From Nitrospirota bacterium (GTDB lineage: Bacteria > Nitrospirota > UBA9217), in contig CAVTAJ010000020.1 in NCBI GenBank assembly GCA_963732675.1, positions 139,887-203,886 of the forward strand: a stretch of 64,000 nucleotides of DNA, read 5' to 3'. This document shows positions 56,836-64,000 of this stretch, piece by piece (position 1 is the first letter of the stretch; every line of letters starts with the position of its first letter). A program made the position numbers and the translations under genes. The notes below the pieces were generated by a model. It did no database searches. It worked only from the letters and a program-made list of their open reading frames with translations, and had not been told where the DNA came from.

Positions 56836-56986
56836 TCAGGCTCCTTCAAATACGATCTATTGCACAAACATTTCTTCACAAAGACACAGAGAATCGCGGA
56901 CAAAAACGAATTAAAGAATAATCCTTCCATTTGCTGTCCTTCCGTGGCTTCGTGTGAAATTTATACTTTGTATTACGAATTCCGTA

Positions 56987-57503
56987 TTATTTATGGCATG
57001 TCCAGCAATCGATACTGGCCTTATGCTGTTTATGACAGCCCAGGCACCAGCCCATTTCTATTTTGATTGATCGGGTGATCCGCTTCATTGCGGCCACCTC
57101 GCCGTGGCAGGTGGTGCAGGCGAGTCCGGCACGGATATGCATCATGTGAGGGAAATAGACGTGGTCCGGTACGTGGTAGACCCTGACCCAGGGGACCGGC
57201 TCTTTTTTATCCCAGTAATCCATCAGCTTTTTTATTTCCGGAGCGTTTTGGGCGATGAACAGATGGCAGGCCCGGCAGTCCGCCACTGCAGGGATGCCGG
57301 CGACCGTCGACTTCGGAGCATAGCGGTGACAGAAGAGGCAAGGGATGCCGTTGTCGCCGGCATGCACCTTATGACTGAAGGCGAGCGGCTGGATCGGAGA
57401 GCGGTCCCGAAGATCCAGCGGCAGATTGTACATCAACGCCAGGCCGGCGACAAGAGCGCATGCCGCGACGATCAGCCCGCCAATTAAGCCACGATATTTT
57501 CAT
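56987..57503 (-). pseudogene. actA: ACIII ActA, membrane-anchored pentaheme cytochrome c; 1-bp frameshift in an A-run right after the ATG
   Basis: ATG (plus 57501-57503), then MK..(shift)..YRGLIGGLIVAACALVAGLALMYNLPLDL TM anchor. Five CxxCH (CLFCH, CRACH, CTTCH, CLGCH, CWTCH). Confidence 0.7.
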
Positions 57504-57687
57504 GCTGTTTACCAGGGAGAGACCAGGGAAAATGACGATCAGAATGATGCTCGATCCAGTGAAATTATAATAGCAGACAATTTCCCGGCTGTCAAACCGG
57601 CGCGGTTATAGGGGGTTGGTCAAATTATTATAAGTTCCCGATCCGGGCAAAACGCGACGCCCCTGGGGTTTCATACGAAATTACCCT

Positions 57688-57716
57688 TTGCATCACGAGC
57701 AAATTCCTTATATAAT
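57688..57716 (+). promoter_or_regulatory. near-consensus sigma-70 promoter (TTGCAT-17-TATAAT), ~240 nt upstream of the CheB/CheR fusion gene
   Basis: ttgcat cacgagcaaattcctta tataat. Confidence 0.45.
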
Positions 57717-57954
57717 CTGGAAAAGAGCAGTTAATCTCGGATGAACATGCCCTGCTGTTGCCAGATGCGCGCAGATGGTTATAGGTCTTAAGACAAAAAC
57801 AGTGAGCGCCAATTTGGTGAGGTTCTTGTTCGGAGTAAGCGATTGATTTAAGGTCTGACCGGTGTTTATCATACGTATACGACCTACACTTCGGTTCCAA
57901 CTGCAGCGTATAGGTTAATCAACAGATCCAAACTGATTTCTGGGGTCTATCCGA

Positions 57955-60900
57955 ATGACCGCATACGACAAACCGGAAAAATCTTTATTGATCGTCGGCA
58001 TCGGCGCCTCGGCTGGCGGCCTTGACGCCCTCCAGCGCTTCCTCGCCGTCCTCCCAAAGGACTTCGACTTCGCGCTGGTCTTCATTCAGCACCTTTCCGC
58101 AAAACACAAGAGCCTCCTGCCGGAACTCTTGAGCGCCCGGCGTCCCTCTCGTTATCCAGGAAATAACCGACGGCTTGAAGATCGAGGCCGGACGCCTTTA
58201 CCTCGCACCTCGGGCAGGGAGGTCCGCCTGCGAAACAGCTTCTTTCAGACGACCGTACACACCGAAGGTCTCATCCATCTGGCGATCGATAAATTTCTCT
58301 CCTCTCTCGCAGAGGCCGCGGGCGAGCGTTCCATTGCCGTGATCTTATCCGGCGCGGGCACGGATGGCGCCCGCGGCTGCCAGGCGGTCCGGTCCGTTGG
58401 CGGGACTGTGTTCGTCCAGGACCCCGAGACCGCGGAATTCAATAGCATGCCGCTCGCGGCCATCGCGACCGGCCTGGCGGACGCCGTGCTTTCTCCCGAG
58501 AAGATCGCCGGCGAGCTCCTGAAACTCCAGCGGCTCGGCGAAGCTGAAGCAAACCGGGAGGGTGTCATCTCCGCCGAAGAGTACGACAGCTTCTTCCGGC
58601 TTCTCCAGGAGAAGACCGGCGGCAGGTTCAATCATTACAAAAAGAGCGTGGTCACCCGAAGGATCAGAAGACGCATGTACCTTCAAGGGCTCTCGGCGGT
58701 CAAAGATTACCTGGGCATCATCTCAACCAATGACTCAGAGTCCGCCCTTCTCGCCTCCGACCTCATGATCGGCGTTACCTCCTTCTTCCGCGATCGGATT
58801 GCATGGAAGGCGCTGAACCTGGAGGCGGTCCGGAAGATCGCGGCCGAGAACACCGGCCTTCCCGTCCGCGTCTGGACCCCGGCGAGCTCGACGGGCGAGG
58901 AGGCCTACTCCATCGCCATGATGTTTCTGCATGAGCTTGCTCTTGCCGGAGAAAAGCGGGACGTCCACGTCTTTGCCACGGACGTGAACGAGCGGGCGCT
59001 GGAGCGGGCACGCGAGGGCAAGTATCCCGCAAGCATCGCCGCGGATGTGCCGCAGGAGTACGGTGAAAAAATACTTCACGCCGACCGAGGACGGCAACTT
59101 TCTCGTCATCAACAAAGAAGTCCGGGAAACCGTGGTTTTCGCCCGGCAGGACCTGTTGACCGACCCGCCCTTCTCCAGGGTTGACCTCATCATCTGCCGC
59201 AACTTCATGATCTACCTGGAGCCCGAGGCCCAGGAAAAATGAATCACCCTCTTTCATTACGCGCTCAAAGAGGGGGGCTTTCTCTTCCTCGGGAACGCGG
59301 AAACCGTGGGCAAAAAAAGCAGGCTTTTCAAATCGATCGGACACAAGCAGTGCCGCGTCTACCGGAAGCTGGGACAAAACCCGCATCGCGCCTGCCCATC
59401 TCGGTCCCGTATGCGGCTGAACGTCCGGCGCAACAAGCCTCGAAACAGGCGCAGCTCGCAGAGCAGAGACGGTCATTAACGGAAATCGTCCAGGAAAAAC
59501 TGCTCGAAGAATACGCGCCCGCTTCCGTGGCCATAGATCAGAATTACGAGATCATCTACCACAACGGTCCCACGAATAAATATCTCCTCCAGCCCCGGGG
59601 CGTGCCGACGCAGAACCTGCTCGAACTTCTGCCCGAGAATCTCCGAAGCAGGATTCGCGGAGCGTTCTACCGGTCTGGCCGCGAAGAAAGACCCGCGGCC
59701 ATCAGAACGAGCGTGGCCGGAGACGACAACAAAAGAAGACAGATCTTGCTCCGGATCACGAAAGCGGCAGAGAACCTATTCATCGTCGTTTTTCAGGAGA
59801 AGGGCTCACCCCCAAAGGATGATGTCGCGGAGCGGCTGGATTCCGCTGTCATCGAGGAGACCGCGATCCATCAGCTCGAAGGCGAACTCTCGGCCACGCG
59901 CCAGGACCTTCAGAGCCACATCGAGCAGCTCAAGAGCCTGAACGAGGAGCTCCAGTCATCGAACGAGGAATTGCAGGCCGCGAACGAGGAGCTTGAGACT
60001 TCCCGTGAAGAACTCCAGTCGTTGAACGAAGAACTGATCACCGTAAACTCGCAGCTCCAGGGAAAGATCGAGGAACAGGACGCAACGAACAACGACCTGA
60101 ACAATTTCCTCGCGAGCACGAATATTCCCACGATCTTTCTTGACCAGCAGTTCAAAGTCAAGCGCTTCACACCCGCGATGCTCAAGCTCATCAAACTCCT
60201 GCCCTCGGACGTGGGGCGTCCCATCGCCGACATGGCGCAGGAAAACCTCGGTCCCGACCTCACCTCCGACGCTCGGGCGGTCATAGAAGTCTCGTGCCCG
60301 CGCGTCAGGAGCTTGAACTGGGCGGCGCATGGTATGTCCGCACGACCCTGCCCTACCGCACCGCGGACAACCGCATCGAGGGCGTCGTCGTCACGTATAA
60401 CGATGTCACCGAACTCAAGAAGTCCGAGGAGCGCACGCGGCACCTTGCCTCTTTCCCGGAGCTAAACCCGAATCCCATTTGCGAAGTGCATTCCTCGGGT
60501 AAAATCAACTTCTGTAATCCGGCCACGGCAAAAGTTCTGGCAAACCTGGGGATGGATACGGAGGATTTGACCGTATTTATGCCCGAGGACATGGACGATA
60601 TTTTACGCGATCTGGAGAAGAAAGAAGAAGTGTCTCTCTATCGCGAGAAAGAAATCAGGGGCCTCGTTTTCGGCATGACCGTCCATCTCGCGCCTCAATT
60701 CAATGTCGTGCGCATTTACACCTTCAACATTACGGAACGCAAGCGGGCCGAGGAGGCGCTGCGGGAGAGCGAGGAGCAGTTCCGCACTCTGGCTGATTCC
60801 ATCCCCAACCTTGCGTGGTGGGCCAACGCGGACGGTTACATCACATGGTACAATCGGCGCTGGTACGAGTATACCGGCACGACACCCGAACAGATGGAAG

Positions 60901-62323
60901 GCTGGGGCTGGCAAACAGTCCATGACCCGGAGGTGCTGCCGAAGGTCCTGGAGCGGTGGAAGGCGTCGATCGCCACCGGCGAGCCGTTTGACATGGAATT
61001 CCCGTTGCGCGGGGCCGACGGAGTATTTCGCTCCTTCCTGACGCGTGTGATGCCATTGAAGGATTCGGCCGGTAAGGTCCTCCGGTGGTTCGGCACAAAT
61101 ACCGACATCTCTGCGCTGAAGCGGGCCGAGGAGGCGTTGCGGGAGAGCGAGGCGCGCTTCCGGACGCTGTTCGAGACGATGACCGAGGGCTTCTCGCTCG
61201 ATGAGATCATCTTGGATGACGCGGGGAGACCCGTCGATCTTCGCTATTTGTCGGTCAACCCTGCGTTCGAGCAGACATACGGGATTGAAGGCCGAGGACA
61301 TCGTGGGCCGCACCGTTCGCGGGTTGTTCCCCGAGGCCGAACCCGTTTGGTTCAAACGGTACGGAAAGGTGGTTCTCACGGGAGAGCCTGCGCATTTCGA
61401 GGAGCGCTTCGGCCCCCTCAATAAGTGGTTCGAGGTCAGCGTCTACCGGACCGAGCCCGGCCGCTTCGCTGTGGTGTTTTTCGACATCTCCGAGCGCAAG
61501 CAGTCGGAAGCGGACGTCTTGAAACTCTCCGAAGACATGGCGACCAGGAACCTGGATCTTCGAGACGTTGAACAAAGAACTCGAGGCCTTTATCTACTCC
61601 GTATCGCACGACTTGCGAGCGCCTCTTCGTTCCATGACCGGCTTTGCAAAAATCATGCAGGAGGATTATGCTGATAAGCTGGACGACCAGGCAAAGGATT
61701 ATCTGACACGCATATTCAACGGTTCAACAAAGATGACGCAGCTTATCAATGACCTCCTGCACCTTTCGAAGCTATCGCGCCAGGAAGTCGACCGTATTGA
61801 TATCGATCTGAGCAAATTGGTCGAAGCCGCAATCCATAACCTGCGAGAGGCGGAGCACGGCAGAAATGTTGAGGTCCTGATAGAGCAGGGCATCAGGGCC
61901 GCTGTCGACCCGAACCTCATGAGGGTCGTCCTGATAAACCTGCTCGACAACGCATGGAAATTCACCTCGAAAACGGAGAACGCCAAGATCGAATTCGGCG
62001 CCTTCGAATGCGGATTGCGGAATGCGGAATGCGGAATGAAAGGCGAATCAAAAGAGAAAGCATCCGACCTGGCCGCTAAATCCGAAATCCCCAATCCGAA
62101 ATCCGAAATGGTGTACTTCGTGCGGGACAACGGCGCGGGGTTCGATCCGGCCTTCTCGGACAAGATGTTCGGTCCCTTTCAACGGCTGCATTTGGAAAAT
62201 GAGTTTGCCGGTACGGGCATAGGCCTCGCCATCGTCGACCGGATCATCCGAAGGCACGGTGGAAGAGTCTCGGCCGAGGGGGAAGTCGGTAAGGGCGCGA
62301 CGGTGTTTTTCACGCTGGGATGA
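57955..62323 (+). pseudogene. giant CheB methylesterase-CheR methyltransferase-coiled coil-PAS x3-HisKA-HATPase_c signalling protein, at least 6 frameshifts
   Basis: CheB domain (LLIVGIGASAGGLDALQ), CheR (VWTPASSTGEEAYSIAM), coiled-coil ELQSSNEELQAANEELE, PAS blocks, H-box VSHDLRAPLRSM, HATPase (VRDNGAGFD, GTGIGL). Spread over ORFs 57955-59184, 59045-59242, 59239-60465, 60294-61424, 61201-61674, 61568-62323. Confidence 0.7.
62010..62111. repeat. heptamer tandem/inverted repeat element inside the HATPase_c coding region (GCGGAAT x4 ... AATCCGA x4), in-frame ~35-aa insertion
   Basis: gcggattgcggaatgcggaatgcggaatg ...45 nt... aaatccgaaatccccaatccgaaatccgaaatgg. Encodes FECGLRNAECGMKGESKEKASDLAAKSEIPNPKSEM between the N-box and the G1-box. 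Confidence 0.5.
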
Positions 62324-62326
62324 TGC

Positions 62327-62365
62327 GATTTCGGATTTTGGAACATTCAATTTCGGATTGCGGAA
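62327..62365. repeat. ATTTCGGATT / GCGGAAT repeat copies in the spacer after the kinase stop
   Basis: gatttcggatttt...aatttcggattgcggaat. Reverse complement of the AATCCGAAAT units at 62078-62111. Confidence 0.4.
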
Positions 62366-62380
62366 TAAAAACCGGAAAAA

Positions 62381-62751
62381 ATGAATAAGGAAGATCTGAA
62401 AAAAGGACGAAGAAATTCGCATTGGAAGTGATACGATTCGTAGAATCGCTCCCAAAAGGGAAAACGGCTGATATCCTTGGAAGACAGTTACTTCGATCAG
62501 GCACATCTGTTGGAGCAAATTATCGGGCGGCATGCAGGGCGCGTTCTTCAGCCGATTTTATTGCAAAAATGGGTATTGTAGAAGAAGAGGCCGATGAGTC
62601 TATTTATTGGATGGAGCTATTGGTGGATTCCGGCATTGTAACAGCCCAGGTCGCAGAGCAACTCATGGGAGAAGCTGCCGAGATTCTTGCGATAACCGTT
62701 TCATCGATCAGAACGGCGAGAGGGCGTGAACAAACTGCAAAAATGAAATAA
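62381..62751 (+). pseudogene. four-helix-bundle protein (23S rRNA intervening-sequence protein family), frameshift in an A6 run near 62400
   Basis: MNKEDLKK (frame 0), then ...FALEVIRFVESLPKGKTADILGRQLLRSGTSVGANYRAA (frame 1) matches the family consensus. Confidence 0.65.
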
Positions 62752-62768
62752 TGACCGATCGAAAAAAC

Positions 62769-62798
62769 TCAGCAATCCGCAATCAGCAATCCGAAATG
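62769..62798. repeat. AGCAATCCG x2 + AATCCGAAATGG repeat immediately before the receiver gene start
   Basis: cagcaatccgcaatcagcaatccgaaATGg. Same ...aatccgaaATGG junction as inside the kinase at 62100-62111. Confidence 0.4.
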
Positions 62799-63174
62799 GA
62801 TCCTTGTGATCGACGACAGCGAGGACGATATTCTGCTGACGAAAATGGTCCTGGCGAAAATAAGCCGGGAACTCCACACAGAATCCGCTTTGAGCGGCGA
62901 AGCGGGCCTGGCGGTCCTCCGGGATGGAAGCGCGCTGCCTGCGTTGATCCTGCTTGACTTAAAAATGCCGGGCATGGATGGCCTCGACGTTCTTCGCGAA
63001 CTCCGGCTCGATGGACGCCTCCGCCGTATACCTGTGATCATTGTTACGCACTCGGACCTCGAATCGGACAAGGAAGCGTCCTTGAAAAACGGGGCGAACA
63101 GCTTTCTGAACAAGTCCGTGGATCTGGATCAATTCACGAAGCATATACGGAATGAACTGGAAAAATGGCTTTAG
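62795..63174 (+). CDS. CheY-like single-domain response regulator (probable ATG 62795 with a 1-bp frameshift; otherwise GTG 62806)
   Basis: ILVIDDSEDDILLTKMVL...LILLDLKMPGMDGLDVLRELR...IPVIIVTHSD...K. Confidence 0.8.
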
Positions 63175-63252
63175 TCTCAGAGCTCATGTTTAAAGTCTCA
63201 AGTTACGAACAAAGACTTGAAACTCGAACCTGAGACTTGAGACCTGAGACCC
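63174..63252. repeat. TGAGAC heptamer repeats (inverted copies gtctcag/agtctcaag, then tandem ctgagacttgagacctgagaccc), 20 nt upstream of the next ATG
   Basis: Seen directly in the receiver-to-sensor spacer. Confidence 0.4.
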
Positions 63253-63273
63253 ATATTGTAAAGGATTTAAATC

Positions 63274-64000
63274 ATGTCTCTTAAATCAAAACTCATCCTT
63301 CTGTTCTTCGCCTTCACGCTCATCCCGCTGGTGTTGTTCGGCGCGATCGTCTTTTCGCACGCGAGGAATATTTTGCAGACGGTCCGTATGTCCCAGTTGG
63401 ACACCATTGCCGACTTAAAGAAAGACAAGATCGAAACGTTTTTTCAAGGAACGGGAGGCCGAGTCAGATCGGCCCAGGATTTCCGGAACATCAGGACGAA
63501 CCTCCCTGTCCTGAGCGCAGGCACGCGGACGACCGGACCACACCGGCATACCTACGGCCAAAAAAGCGCTGGATGATCAGATCAAGACGTTTCAGCAGTC
63601 ATACGGCTACCTGGATGTGATGCTCCTGGACTCGGCGAGGAAAGGTCGTATACGTCAGCAATGACGAGCACTCCGCCTTTCAACTGGGCAATCCTTTGAA
63701 CAACAGGAAGTTCTTTGAGGAAGGCAAAAAAGGAATTTACTTTACCGATATCTTTTTCGGCACGGAAGGGGACCGGCGCGTTGAAATGATCGGGATCGCG
63801 CCGATACGCGATCTGCAAGGCGTATTCGTCGGCGCGGTTGCCCTTGAAATTGATATGGCCCCCATTTCAAATTTATCCAGGACAGCACCGGTCTGGGAAC
63901 AACCGGTGAAGCGTTGATCGCCAGAAAGGAAGGGAATAAGACGTTATTCATGAGCCCCCTGCAGCATGACCCGAACGCGGCATTAATGAAGGTTGTTTCT
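63274..64000 (+). pseudogene. membrane sensor protein with Cache-like extracytoplasmic domain (MCP or kinase N-terminus), frameshifted, continues beyond the window
   Basis: MSLKSKLILLFFAFTLIPLVLFGAIVFS TM. Later frames contain ...QSYGYLDVMLLDSA... and KGIYFTDIFFGTEGDRRVEMIGIAPIRDLQGVFVGAVALEIDM (Cache-like). Confidence 0.5.

Overview
High-GC (~60%) chromosomal window dominated by core metabolism, respiration and signal transduction. The gene content (Hmc/Nhc-like and ACIII-type NrfD/FeS/multiheme cytochrome modules, cytochrome bd, many PAS/GGDEF/sigma-54 regulators) suggests a Deltaproteobacteria-like anaerobe or microaerophile. No rRNA, tRNA, CRISPR array, transposase or prophage genes were recognised.

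Main blocks, in order:
- a CbrA-like SLC5-domain sensor kinase plus a sigma-54 (NtrC-type) response regulator;
- an acetate-switch locus: cNMP/CBS nucleotidyltransferase (DUF294), DEDDh exonuclease, DUF485, actP, acs;
- pcm, a fused MFS/spermidine-synthase membrane protein, an HPF-cold-shock-domain fusion, glgC, an ASKHA/DUF4445 protein, msrA, and a large GGDEF-EAL sensor;
- a syntenic housekeeping cluster: pheA-hisC-tyrA-aroA-cmk-ispH-rpsA-sppA-ihfB;
- a NarXL-like two-component system next to an Hmc/Nhc-like c3 / FeS / NrfD / 13-heme cytochrome c / cytochrome b operon, headed by two paralogous small membrane proteins;
- an M48 peptidase and a NUDIX hydrolase;
- an alternative complex III operon (actA-B1-B2-C-D-E) directly followed by cydAB;
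- a giant CheB-CheR-PAS-histidine kinase fusion with a four-helix-bundle protein and a CheY-like receiver.

The most striking global property is that at least 15 genes carry single-base frameshifts, many in homopolymer runs. This pattern fits a draft assembly with indel errors, though real pseudogenes cannot be excluded.

Several small repeat families are present: GGGGAGAGGG hairpins, and heptamer tandem/inverted repeats (AGGAGTC, GCGGAAT/AATCCGA, TGAGAC) sitting immediately upstream of start codons. One of these repeats is inserted in-frame inside a histidine-kinase ATPase domain.

The best candidates for unexplored biology:
- the DUF294 nucleotidyltransferase-exonuclease pair embedded in the acetate operon under a CbrA-like sensor;
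- the HPF-CSD fusion;
- the tandem small membrane paralogs heading the cytochrome operon;
- the ACIII-cyd pairing.
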